64,000 nt of DNA from an uncultured bacterium (lineage in GTDB: Bacteria > Patescibacteriota > Minisyncoccia > Phycocordibacterales > GWA1-40-21), in contig CAIKXE010000002.1 of NCBI GenBank assembly GCA_903831305.1, forward strand, positions 15,934 through 79,933, in the 5' to 3' direction. This document shows positions 9,958 to 18,499 of the stretch, piece after piece. Numbering within the stretch: the stretch's first letter is position 1; each line of letters starts with the position of its first letter. The notes under the pieces were generated by a model. That model was not told the DNA's origin. It did not search any database and worked only from the letters and a program-made list of their open reading frames with translations. The position numbers and the translations under genes were made by a program.

Positions 9958-11163
9958 ATGATTTTTAAATACAAAGCCATAGACACTAGTAATAATCAGA
10001 AGGAAGGCACCATTGAGGCTGTCAGTTTGGAGGTGGCTATTGCTTCCTTGCAAAAAAGAGGCTTGGTGTTATCAAATATCAGTCCAGTAGAGCAAAAGTC
10101 TTTTTTGGAAAGAAATGTCTCTTTCTTAGAGCATATCTCAAGTAAGGATATCGTCATTCTATCTCGTCAGATGGCTACTTTGTTTGAGGCTCAGGTTTCT
10201 GCACTACGCGTTTTTGAGCTTTTGTCCAGTCAGGCCGAGAAGAATTCCATCAGGCAAAAACTATCTGAAATTGCAGGTGATCTCCAGGCGGGCAGTACTA
10301 TCTCAGATGCTTTAGCAAAGCATCCAGATATGTTTTCACCATTTTATGTGAATATGATAAAGTCTGGTGAAGAGTCTGGTAAGCTTGATCAGACTTTGCT
10401 TTATTTGGCGGATTATCTGGACCGGACTCATGAAGTGACCTCTAAAGTGAAGAGTGCTTTAGTCTATCCGGCTTTTATTGTTTTTACTTTTATTGCGGTG
10501 ATGGTTTTGATGCTGACCGTGGTGATACCAAAAATCAGCGCTATCCTGGTGGATTCCGGTCAAGACATTCCCGTCTATACTAAAGTCGTTCTTGGTATTT
10601 CTGGTTTTTTTGTGAGTTATGGGATGTTTATTTTGATAATCCTCGTGGTTGGCGGCTTTTTCCTCTGGCGTTATATTAAGACCGAGGCTGGGCGGTACTC
10701 CTTTGATTCCTTAAAAATTACCTTTCCAGCGATTCAGGTTCTTTATCGCAAGCTTTATTTGTCCAGAATTGCTGACAATATGAACGTGATGTTACTTTCT
10801 GGTATACCTATTGTCCGGGGCTTGGATCTGACATCCAAGGTGGTGGATAATAAGGTGTTTGAAAACTTAATAAACCAGGTGGTGGAAGATGTAAAGACGG
10901 GCAGTTCTATCTCTGATGCAATGATGAAGTCCGGAGAAATCCCCAGTATTTTTATTGCGATGATCAAGATCGGTGAGGAGACCGGTCAGCTGGGTAATAT
11001 CTTGAAAACCTTGGCTTTATTTTACCGCCGAGAGGTGATGAACGCCATAGACACTTTGGTGGGGCTTATTGAGCCAGTGATGATTGTCCTTCTGGGTTTT
11101 GGAGTAGCCTTCTTACTCGCTTCCGTACTTATCCCTATTTATAATCTATCTGGGGCGATGTAG
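9958..11163 (+). CDS. pilC: Type IV pilus platform protein PilC / GspF family
   Basis: 401 aa, two GspF repeats, three TM segments. Confidence 0.85.
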   Translation: MIFKYKAIDTSNNQKEGTIEAVSLEVAIASLQKRGLVLSNISPVEQKSFLERNVSFLEHISSKDIVILSRQMATLFEAQVSALRVFELLSSQAEKNSIRQKLSEIAGDLQAGSTISDALAKHPDMFSPFYVNMIKSGEESGKLDQTLLYLADYLDRTHEVTSKVKSALVYPAFIVFTFIAVMVLMLTVVIPKISAILVDSGQDIPVYTKVVLGISGFFVSYGMFILIILVVGGFFLWRYIKTEAGRYSFDSLKITFPAIQVLYRKLYLSRIADNMNVMLLSGIPIVRGLDLTSKVVDNKVFENLINQVVEDVKTGSSISDAMMKSGEIPSIFIAMIKIGEETGQLGNILKTLALFYRREVMNAIDTLVGLIEPVMIVLLGFGVAFLLASVLIPIYNLSGAM

Positions 11164-11168
11164 GGCAC

Positions 11169-11290
11169 AACCGCCCCGGTTCGCAAGGCCTCACCACCCC
11201 GCCTTGACCAAGGTGGGGAAAGGGAACTCAAACAACGAGGGTCTGCTTTCTCCTCCTTAGTCAAGGAGGAGTGGCATTCTGATGACGAGG
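11169..11290. repeat. Copy A of the GC-rich dual-hairpin intergenic element
   Basis: About 80 nt are nearly identical to 13503-13585 (CCACCCCGCCTT..AAGGTGGGGAAAGGGAACTCAAACAACGAGGGTCTGCTTTCTCCTCCTTAGTCAAGGAGGAGTGGC). Two perfect hairpins; starts right after the pilC stop codon. Confidence 0.8.
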
Positions 11291-11315
11291 TGGTGTGAAG
11301 TTTTCCACACCTCTC

Positions 11316-11345
11316 ATTGTTGCTTATTTTAGATGTGCTATAATA
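11316..11345 (+). promoter_or_regulatory. Sigma70-like promoter upstream of pilA (TTGTTG, 16 nt, TATAAT)
   Basis: Sequence TTGTTGcttattttagatgtgcTATAAT read directly; about 140 nt upstream of the pilA start. Confidence 0.45.
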
Positions 11346-11482
11346 TCTAGCATAAGCTAATTTTATTTTAGCTTTCCCGAAATTTTTGGTCGATCTCGTT
11401 TTGTCACTCTTACGTAAAGTGGTAAAGGAGTCAAAAATAAAAGGAATTTATAAGGTTTTAGTAATTTAATAATAAATATTAT

Positions 11483-11923
11483 ATGAAAAAAGGTTTTACA
11501 CTTATTGAACTTCTCGTCGTTATCGCTATTATTGGTATTTTGTCTTCTGTCGTTTTAGCTTCTTTGAATTCAGCTAGAAGTAAAGGTGCAGATGCTGCAG
11601 TGAAAGGTAATGTCGCGGGAATCCGGGCACAAGCAGAGCTATATTATGATGATTCTACAAAAGGTAATCAATCATATGGTATCGTTACGGCAAGCTGTAC
11701 AACTGGTATATTCTCAGATTCAAATATTACCAATGCAATTAATGGTGCCAATGCACAAAAAGGGACAGGAACTACCTTGTGTTTTGCTAGCTCCACTGCC
11801 TGGGCAATATCAGTACCTCTAAAAGGTGATGCTGGAAAGTGGTATTGTGTTTCTTCTGATGGTGTAGCAACCACAACATCTGTTGCTGCAGCTATTAGTG
11901 CTTCAGACCCATCTTGTAATTAA
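11483..11923 (+). CDS. pilA: Type IV major pilin (prepilin with class III signal peptide)
   Basis: MKKGFTLIELLVVIAIIGIL matches G|FTLIE with E5. 146 aa with a C-terminal Cys pair. Followed by an intrinsic terminator. Confidence 0.9.
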   Translation: MKKGFTLIELLVVIAIIGILSSVVLASLNSARSKGADAAVKGNVAGIRAQAELYYDDSTKGNQSYGIVTASCTTGIFSDSNITNAINGANAQKGTGTTLCFASSTAWAISVPLKGDAGKWYCVSSDGVATTTSVAAAISASDPSCN

Positions 11924-11943
11924 TTTATCTTAATTTCAAACAA

Positions 11944-11975
11944 AAAACCACCCGAAAGGTGGTTTTTTGTTTGGT
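11944..11975 (+). terminator. Rho-independent terminator after pilA
   Basis: AAAAAACCACCCGAAAGGTGGTTTTTTGTTT: a GC stem with flanking A and T tracts. Confidence 0.8.
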
Positions 11976-11977
11976 GG

Positions 11978-12100
11978 TTTTGAGGCAACCGCCCCTAACC
12001 CCTCCTTAACTAAGGAGGGGAAGAGACGTGACTCTAACTGGGTTACTCTTTCACCTTCCCGCCTCAGTTGAGGAGGGACTGAGGGAAGTTGGCTCTTGGA
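11978..12100. repeat. Copy C (diverged) of the dual-hairpin intergenic element
   Basis: Shares CAACCGCCCCT and the hairpin CCCCTCCTTAACTAAGGAGGGG with the same loop as copy B, plus a second hairpin CCCGCCTCAGTTGAGGAGGG. Confidence 0.6.
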
Positions 12101-12123
12101 GCAGGTTAGTGTATAATGTCACC

Positions 12124-12639
12124 ATGAAAGCAAACAAAGGTTTCACTATTATTGAAGTCCTGGTGGTCATAGCTGTCATTGCTGTATTGACCATCCTTAT
12201 TTTTCCGTCACTGAACAATATTCAAAAGAAAAATCGTGATGCTGAGCGGATTGCGGACATTTCATCCATCCAGCTGGGTCTACTTCTATATTATAGCCAA
12301 CACCCAACAGGGGGTTACCCTGAAGATATTTATAATTCAGATTTTAGTCCCCAATACGTCACGGCCGAGGTTTTGGTCGGTCCCGATGGTAAAAATTATA
12401 CCTATGTCCCTTTGACCCACATTACCACACTAAATCCTAAATGTTCCTATTATCATTTAGGCACAGCCCTAGAGCTTCCGAGCGCTCAGATAGATGCCAA
12501 TGATGATTTTGATTCTACTAATGATCCTGACTCACCCCCACCTATTAAAAAAACATTGTCAGGCGGCTACTTGTATTGTGATCCAGAAAATAACACTGGC
12601 CTAGCTCCTAGCCCTACAAATTATAACGTCCATCCCTAA
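12124..12639 (+). CDS. Prepilin-type N-terminal domain protein (minor pilin)
   Basis: MKANKGFTIIEVLVVIAVIAVL. The track ORF begins at 12028 inside the repeat element, but the pilin-consistent ATG is 12124, 7 nt after a TATAAT. Confidence 0.75.
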   Translation: MKANKGFTIIEVLVVIAVIAVLTILIFPSLNNIQKKNRDAERIADISSIQLGLLLYYSQHPTGGYPEDIYNSDFSPQYVTAEVLVGPDGKNYTYVPLTHITTLNPKCSYYHLGTALELPSAQIDANDDFDSTNDPDSPPPIKKTLSGGYLYCDPENNTGLAPSPTNYNVHP

Positions 12640-12643
12640 TATC

Positions 12644-13477
12644 ATGCCCACTCAAATTTTATTTTACCTTTTAGTTTTTATCTTTGGCACTATTGTGGGG
12701 AGCTTTTTAAATGTCTTGGTTTTGCGTTATGGCACCGGTATCTCACCCATGAAGGGGCGGTCATTTTGCTTTTCCTGCGGTAAAAAGCTAGGGGCTCTCG
12801 AGCTTATTCCGGTTTTCAGTTTCCTTTTCCAAGGCGGTAAGTGTAAGGGCTGTCAGAGTAAAATCTCTTGGCAGTATCCGGTAGTAGAGGCTATTGCCGG
12901 CTTGCTTTTTGTGGCCGTTATTTTACGTTATTCTGGTTTGGTAGGGTTGATCTTTGATTCATGGTTGGTCGTCATTTCTTTGTTAGTCATTGCGGTCCTG
13001 GTGGCTATCACCGTCTATGATATAAAGCACAAAATAATTCCTGATGGGCTGACTATTACCTTTGGTCTTCTGGCGCTCACTAAAATAGTACTAGATTATA
13101 ATCAGCTGACTTTGACTCCAGAGGCCAGCAAGATCCACTTGATTTCATATTTACTGGCTGGTCCGGGTCTGGCCTTACCCTTTTTCTTCCTTTGGTTATT
13201 TTCCAAAGGCCGGTGGATGGGGCTAGGGGATCCCAAACTGATGGTTTGTATGGGCTGGTTTTTGGGGCCGATTATGGGTTTGTCTGCCATTATTTTGGCT
13301 TTTTGGAGCGGGGCGCTTTATGGGCTAGTCCTTCTCGCTCTATCTAAATTCAGTTGGCATGGTCTGAAAATCACCGGCAAAACAGAGGTTCCTTTTGCTC
13401 CGTTCCTGGTTCTTGGCTTTCTTTTAGTCTTTTTCTTTCAGATTGATATTTTGAACCTTGGTTTCTTGTTACCCTGA
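12644..13477 (+). CDS. pilD: Prepilin peptidase PilD (A24 family aspartic peptidase / N-methyltransferase)
   Basis: N-terminal CxxC...CxxC zinc-ribbon-like motif (CFSCGKKL...CKGCQSK), multiple TM segments, 277 aa. Confidence 0.85.
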   Translation: MPTQILFYLLVFIFGTIVGSFLNVLVLRYGTGISPMKGRSFCFSCGKKLGALELIPVFSFLFQGGKCKGCQSKISWQYPVVEAIAGLLFVAVILRYSGLVGLIFDSWLVVISLLVIAVLVAITVYDIKHKIIPDGLTITFGLLALTKIVLDYNQLTLTPEASKIHLISYLLAGPGLALPFFFLWLFSKGRWMGLGDPKLMVCMGWFLGPIMGLSAIILAFWSGALYGLVLLALSKFSWHGLKITGKTEVPFAPFLVLGFLLVFFFQIDILNLGFLLP

Positions 13478-13479
13478 CC

Positions 13480-13597
13480 AACCGCCCCGTCCATCAGAAT
13501 GGCCACCCCGCCTTAACTAAGGTGGGGAAAGGGAACTCAAACAACGAGGGTCTGCTTTCTCCTCCTTAGTCAAGGAGGAGTGGCGAAGCTTTGTGAG
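13480..13597. repeat. Copy B of the dual-hairpin intergenic element
   Basis: Nearly identical to copy A over about 80 nt; begins 3 nt after the pilD stop codon; a TTGTGA-16-TATAAT promoter overlaps its 3' flank. Confidence 0.8.
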
Positions 13598-13621
13598 CCG
13601 AGGTGGTTGTGTTATAATGTA

Positions 13622-14233
13622 ATGATGATATTTAGGAAAAAAGTTAATTCCGGTTTCACCCTTGTAGAGCTTTTGGTCACTATCACTATCTTTACTGTCC
13701 TGACCGGGGTGGTGCTTTTTAGCCAGAGTAAATTCAATAGCTCTATTTTACTTACTAATTTGGCCTATGATATAGCTCTCACTACCCGCCAAGCGCAAAA
13801 TTATGGCATAAATATTAAGGAATATGATGCTGGTGAATTTTTACCATACGGCGTGCATTTTGATTTGTCTAGTACAAAATCTTTTATTTTATTTGCTGAT
13901 CATGGTTATTATAATAATAAAGAAAAGGTTAGTCCTTATGACGGCGGAGTAACTTTTTGTGATTTAGGACACGGTTGTGTAAACCGGTATAATATCCAGG
14001 GTGGTAATTTTATTTCTGCTCTTTGCGTGACGTCTGGAGAAGGGGAAACGTGTGATCTTGAAAAGCTGGATATTATTTTTCAAAGGCCAGATCCTGATGC
14101 CAAGATTTATGCTGGTGGGGTTACTGACACTACTTATTCTAAAGCTGTCATTGTGGTCACGGGTTCTGATGGAAGCACTAGAGAGGTGGTGGTTCAAGCT
14201 AACGGCTTAATCCAAATTGGAGAAAATATATGA
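13622..14233 (+). CDS. Prepilin-type N-terminal cleavage/methylation domain protein (minor pilin)
   Basis: MMIFRKKVNSGFTLVELLVTITIF. A TATAAT at 13612-13617 lies 4 nt from the ATG; the track start at 13580 is inside the repeat. Confidence 0.75.
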   Translation: MMIFRKKVNSGFTLVELLVTITIFTVLTGVVLFSQSKFNSSILLTNLAYDIALTTRQAQNYGINIKEYDAGEFLPYGVHFDLSSTKSFILFADHGYYNNKEKVSPYDGGVTFCDLGHGCVNRYNIQGGNFISALCVTSGEGETCDLEKLDIIFQRPDPDAKIYAGGVTDTTYSKAVIVVTGSDGSTREVVVQANGLIQIGENI

Positions 14234-14835
14234 TGAAATATTTTAATTTTAAAAGAAAGTTAGTGTGTGGGTTTACGCTCGTGGAGATGATGGTGGCTAT
14301 TGCCGTTTTCTCCATTGTGATGGTGGTAGCCATGAGTGCCTTGATCAACGTGATTGATGCCAATAATAAAGCTCGGTCTATCAAAACCGCTATTAATAAT
14401 ATTAGCTTTGCTTTAGAGGGTATTTCCAAGGATATGCGCATGGGGGAGGAATATGCCTGTGGAAATGACGTTTCTAATCTATCAGGTAATTGCCTTGATG
14501 GAGGAAGTGCTATTAAATACCGCTCACAAAGGGCTTATCTAGACACGACAACCGGTAAAAACAGTTTTGCCTATTACAAATTTTCAGGAACACAGCTTTA
14601 TGAGTGCTTAGAAAAAGAACTTAATGATAATTGCAATGGTGTAACTGCAGTTTTTAGCCCCGTTACTTCTTCTGAGGTTACCCTAAAAAAGGTTATATTT
14701 TATATTCTTGGTGTTGGTGAGGCAGGTAAACAACCCAGGATGATTATGACCATCAGCGGTGAAGCGGGGACGAAGGAAAAGATCAAAACTACTTTTGATT
14801 TGCAGACCAGTGTGTCACAGCGAAAAAGAATATAA
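14230..14835 (+). CDS. Prepilin-type minor pilin (GspG/PilW-like)
   Basis: CGFTLVEMMVAIAVFSIVMV prepilin motif; 201 aa. Confidence 0.75.
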   Translation: MMKYFNFKRKLVCGFTLVEMMVAIAVFSIVMVVAMSALINVIDANNKARSIKTAINNISFALEGISKDMRMGEEYACGNDVSNLSGNCLDGGSAIKYRSQRAYLDTTTGKNSFAYYKFSGTQLYECLEKELNDNCNGVTAVFSPVTSSEVTLKKVIFYILGVGEAGKQPRMIMTISGEAGTKEKIKTTFDLQTSVSQRKRI

Positions 14836-14836
14836 T

Positions 14837-15349
14837 ATGATGAAGACAAATATAAAAAATAATAATGGGTTTACTTTACTTGAGGCCATGGTGGCCATTT
14901 CTATTCTCATGGTGGCCGTCGTCGCCCCTATCACTATCGCCCAGAAGGGACTTTCTTCAGCTGTTTATTCTAAGAATCAAATGATTGCTTCATATCTCGC
15001 CCAGGACGCCCTTGAGTATATTAAAAATGTGCGGGATGAAAATATTAAGAATAGCCAATTATGGCTGGAGAGTCTTGATTCTTGTGTCGGCGAATCAAAA
15101 TATTGTCAGATAGATACTATAAAGCCCGTCACTGATTTTGGGGTGGTAAAACCCTATAACAGCGCAGTTTTATCACTAGATAGCAATGGTTTTTACGGCT
15201 ATGATGGGGGAACACCTACAAATTTTATGCGGAAAATTAATATTATAGTAGATCCTTTTGGGAATAATTCTGATGAAGCTCAGGTTACGGCAACTGTCAG
15301 TTGGAATACAGATAAAGTAGAAGTTAAAACTTTAATTTATAATTACTAA
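14837..15349 (+). CDS. Prepilin-type minor pilin (PilV-like)
   Basis: MMKTNIKNNNGFTLLEAMVAISILMV. The track ORF starts earlier (14759) and overlaps the previous gene. Confidence 0.7.
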   Translation: MMKTNIKNNNGFTLLEAMVAISILMVAVVAPITIAQKGLSSAVYSKNQMIASYLAQDALEYIKNVRDENIKNSQLWLESLDSCVGESKYCQIDTIKPVTDFGVVKPYNSAVLSLDSNGFYGYDGGTPTNFMRKINIIVDPFGNNSDEAQVTATVSWNTDKVEVKTLIYNY

Positions 15350-15350
15350 A

Positions 15351-15926
15351 ATGATAATTTTTGACTTAAAAAAGAATAAAGGGACCTGCCCCGCGAAGCT
15401 GAAGCGTATTGGGGGGTTTGCCCTTCTTTTTTCAGTTTTGGTGGCCAGCCTGCTTTTGACCATCGGCCTCTCTATCTTTAGAATCGCCCTAAAAGAGCTA
15501 GCTATCTCTACCGCCACTAGACAGTCTATCCACGCTTTTTATGCGGCGGACAGCGGGCGAGAGTGTGCACTATATTGGGATAATAAAGAAAAGGTTCCGT
15601 ATCTTTTTAATTCGTATATTTCCCTTGCCCCAAAAGTCTCTGGTGGCGAAATATTCTGTGGTGGAATGTCCATTAATCTTGCTTTGACACAGAGCTTTGA
15701 AAACCCAATGGTTGATAAGATAGAATCTTTTATCCCGCAAAGTGCTAGTATTAATAATATAATTTCTGTTTCTGCTGATTTGCTAGGGCCGAATTTCTAT
15801 GTGCTTATTGATAGAACTAAGGTTGTTTTAAGCCCAGTATCAAAAGTGTTTACCACAATCAAATCGTACGGCCAAGATTCAGTGGGGGGAGACAGAGTAC
15901 AGAGAGCTATTATTGAAACATATTAA
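15351..15926 (+). CDS. Pilus-associated membrane protein (PilX-like N-terminus), hypothetical
   Basis: N-terminal TM then a Cys-containing periplasmic domain; last gene of the pilin block. Confidence 0.45.
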   Translation: MIIFDLKKNKGTCPAKLKRIGGFALLFSVLVASLLLTIGLSIFRIALKELAISTATRQSIHAFYAADSGRECALYWDNKEKVPYLFNSYISLAPKVSGGEIFCGGMSINLALTQSFENPMVDKIESFIPQSASINNIISVSADLLGPNFYVLIDRTKVVLSPVSKVFTTIKSYGQDSVGGDRVQRAIIETY

Positions 15927-17937
15927 ACTGATGAAAGAGCGTTATGAAAAATTGATACGGGCCATAGAGCATCATCAGTATCTCTATCATACTCTGGATC
16001 AGCCAGAGATTACCGATGAAGCCTATGATTCCCTGATGCGGGAGTTACTCGAGATAGAGGCCAGACACCCGGAGTTCATATCACCTTTGAGTCCTAGCCA
16101 GCGAGTGGGTGGAGTACCACTCTCAGAATTTAAAAAGGTCCATCATCAGGTCCGGCAGTGGTCTTTTGATGATGTTTTTGATTTTAACGAGCTTATAAAG
16201 TGGGAGGAAAAGATAAAGCGCCTGATGCTAAAAGAGCCTAGCTTAAAATCCGAGAGATTAGAATATTGTTGTGAATTAAAAATAGATGGTCTAAAGGTTG
16301 TTTTGACTTATATAAACGGAGAGTTTGTAGAAGGGGCTACGCGCGGTGACGGGCAGGTGGGGGAAAATGTGACCGAGAATCTAAAGACTATAAAATCTAT
16401 TCCGTTTTTTCTGCAAGAAAAGGTGGATATAATAGTGGTGGGAGAAGCTTGGATGAATAAAAGTGAGCTGGCCCGGATAAATAAAGAACGAGAGAAAAAC
16501 GGCGAACAAATATTTGCCAATACTAGGAATGCTGGCGCCGGCTCTATCCGTCAGCTGGATCCTAAGGTCACGGCAAAAAGAAGACTTGATACCTTTATCT
16601 ATGATATTGATGCTCTAGGCTGGGAGTGGCCCAAAACTCAAGGTGAGGAATTGGAATTATTAAAAAAGCTAGGTTTCAAAACCAACCCATATTTTCATAT
16701 TGCTAAAGATTTAGCGGAAGTCCAAAAGTATTATCTGGAATGGACAAAGAAAAAAGATAAAATGGATTACGGTTTGGATGGAATTGTAATAAAAATAAAC
16801 TCGCGTAAAATCCAGGAGGTCCTGGGTTATACGGGCAAGACTCCGCGCTGGGGTGTGGCTTATAAATTTCCAGCGGAACAGGTGACGACGGTGGTGGAAG
16901 CTATTGTGCTTCAAGTGGGGCGGACCGGGGTACTTACTCCGGTAGCACATCTCACACCGGTCCGGGTGGCCGGGTCTCTAGTCTCACGAGCTACTCTGCA
17001 TAACGAGGATGAAATAAAACGCCTAGACGTGCGGGTGGGTGATACCGTCATTTTGCAAAAAGCGGGGGACGTGATTCCGGATATTGTGGCGGTTCTAAAA
17101 GAGTTTCGAACTGGTAAGGAAGTAGCTTATGAGTTTCCAGCTACTGTGGCGGATTGTGGTGGTGATGGCCGGATTGAGCGGGTGCCAGGACAAGTAGCTT
17201 GGCGTTGTGTAAGTAAGGATTCTTTTGCTCAGAAACGCCGGATTTTTTATCATTTTGTGTCAAAAAAAGCCTTTGACATGGATGGCTGTGGACCAAAGAT
17301 AATCGATGTCTTATTGGACAACAATTTGATTGCAGACTTTGCTGACATTTTCACTTTAAAAAAAGGTGATCTTTTAGCCCTGCCTCGTTTTGCAGAAAAG
17401 TCCGTGGATAATCTCTTGGCATCTATTGAGAAATCACGACCGGTCAGCTTATCAAAATTTTTGGTGAGTTTGTCTATTTCTCAGGTGGGGGAGGAAACCG
17501 CTATTGATCTGGCCAAGCATTTTGGTAGTATAGAAAAACTGCGAGTGGCTTCCTTTGAGGATTTGCAACAGCTTGATGGCGTGGGGCCGGTAGTGGCGGA
17601 GGCTCTCACTCTCTGGTTTGGAAATAAAAATAATAAGCGGATCCTGGACGACCTATTTGCCCAAGTAAAAATATCAAGGAAATTCCTTGATGAAGATAAA
17701 GGTAAAAATGGAAAATTAGCAGGTAAAACCTTTGTGATTACTGGCACACTTTCTGCTTTGTCCCGAGACCAAGCCAAGGATAAAATCCGGGCCCTGGGCG
17801 GAGAAACTTCGGAATCTATATCAGCCAAAACCTCATATTTAATAGCGGGGGAAAATGCCGGTTCCAAACTTGAAAAAGCTCAAGCTCTCGGGGTGGCAAT
17901 ACTAAAGGAGGGAGATTTTCTTGATCTACTTAAATAA
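15913..17937 (+). CDS. ligA: NAD-dependent DNA ligase LigA
   Basis: KxDG adenylation motif (CELKIDGLKV), OB fold, zinc finger CGG..., HhH repeats and a BRCT tail; 674 aa. Confidence 0.9.
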   Translation: MKHIKLMKERYEKLIRAIEHHQYLYHTLDQPEITDEAYDSLMRELLEIEARHPEFISPLSPSQRVGGVPLSEFKKVHHQVRQWSFDDVFDFNELIKWEEKIKRLMLKEPSLKSERLEYCCELKIDGLKVVLTYINGEFVEGATRGDGQVGENVTENLKTIKSIPFFLQEKVDIIVVGEAWMNKSELARINKEREKNGEQIFANTRNAGAGSIRQLDPKVTAKRRLDTFIYDIDALGWEWPKTQGEELELLKKLGFKTNPYFHIAKDLAEVQKYYLEWTKKKDKMDYGLDGIVIKINSRKIQEVLGYTGKTPRWGVAYKFPAEQVTTVVEAIVLQVGRTGVLTPVAHLTPVRVAGSLVSRATLHNEDEIKRLDVRVGDTVILQKAGDVIPDIVAVLKEFRTGKEVAYEFPATVADCGGDGRIERVPGQVAWRCVSKDSFAQKRRIFYHFVSKKAFDMDGCGPKIIDVLLDNNLIADFADIFTLKKGDLLALPRFAEKSVDNLLASIEKSRPVSLSKFLVSLSISQVGEETAIDLAKHFGSIEKLRVASFEDLQQLDGVGPVVAEALTLWFGNKNNKRILDDLFAQVKISRKFLDEDKGKNGKLAGKTFVITGTLSALSRDQAKDKIRALGGETSESISAKTSYLIAGENAGSKLEKAQALGVAILKEGDFLDLLK

Positions 17938-17939
17938 TT

Positions 17940-18152
17940 TTACATACTCAATAACTGACTGTAAGCTGAAATATCAAAACTGGACATAAAGCTCGGTAAT
18001 ACAAAAAGAAGACCGATCAAAGGGAGAACGGTGACCACGATGGTGATAATGAGAGTCCAGAGAAAAAAGTTTTTTAGGAACTTGATATATTTACTAATGA
18101 CGTCTATTTTTCCTTCCAATACATCTAGTCTATTTTTTAATTCGTTATCCAT
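17940..18152 (-). CDS. Small hypothetical membrane protein (70 aa)
   Basis: ORF with one strongly hydrophobic segment; convergent with ligA. Confidence 0.35.
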   Translation of the reverse strand: MDNELKNRLDVLEGKIDVISKYIKFLKNFFLWTLIITIVVTVLPLIGLLFVLPSFMSSFDISAYSQLLSM

Positions 18153-18206
18153 CTATTCATTGTAACATATTTTTTTTGTTTTGGACGGTTTTTATGCTAC
18201 AATTCA

Positions 18207-18497
18207 ATGATGGAGATAAAGGATATTGAGAAATTGGCTAAACTGGCTCGGATCGAGCTCTCTGAGGCGGAAAAACAAGCTTATCTAAAGGATATGAGCG
18301 CTATTTTGAATTATGTAGATCAAATCAAGGAAATAGTGGGGACCACCAGTGAGGAGAAAAAGGCCGGTGATCTCCGTAATGTCACTCGTCTGGATGAGTC
18401 CCAAGATCAAGACCAGGATAAGGCTCGGGCCATAATTGCTGAATTTCCCAGACAAGAAAGAAATTACTTAAAAGTAAAAAAGATATTAGAAAACTAG
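18207..18497 (+). CDS. gatC: Glu/Asp-tRNA amidotransferase subunit C
   Basis: MMEIKDIEKLAKLARIELSEAEKQ... is the typical GatC N-terminus; 96 aa; directly precedes gatA. Confidence 0.85.
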   Translation: MMEIKDIEKLAKLARIELSEAEKQAYLKDMSAILNYVDQIKEIVGTTSEEKKAGDLRNVTRLDESQDQDQDKARAIIAEFPRQERNYLKVKKILEN

Positions 18498-18499
18498 TT

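Noticed and set aside
11169-11290. Possibility that the pilin-upstream structured element is a c-di-GMP (GEMM) or other known riboswitch
   Set aside because: No match to the conserved GEMM-I/II nucleotides (for example GGCAAAC...GGGACGCAAAGCC) could be recognised by eye. The elements sit upstream of the promoter -35, not in a 5' UTR.
12028-12123. Track start of the pilin-like ORF at 12028 (N-terminal extension MTLTGLLFHLPASVEEG...)
   Set aside because: The extension lies inside the GC-rich hairpin repeat element and precedes the promoter-like TATAAT. The prepilin-consistent Met is at 12124.
13560-13600. Sigma54 (-24 GG / -12 GC) promoter at TGGCGAAGCTTTGTG downstream of repeat copy B
   Set aside because: The spacing gives TG rather than GC at -12, and copy A does not conserve it. 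A sigma70 -10 located 4 nt from the start codon is the simpler reading.
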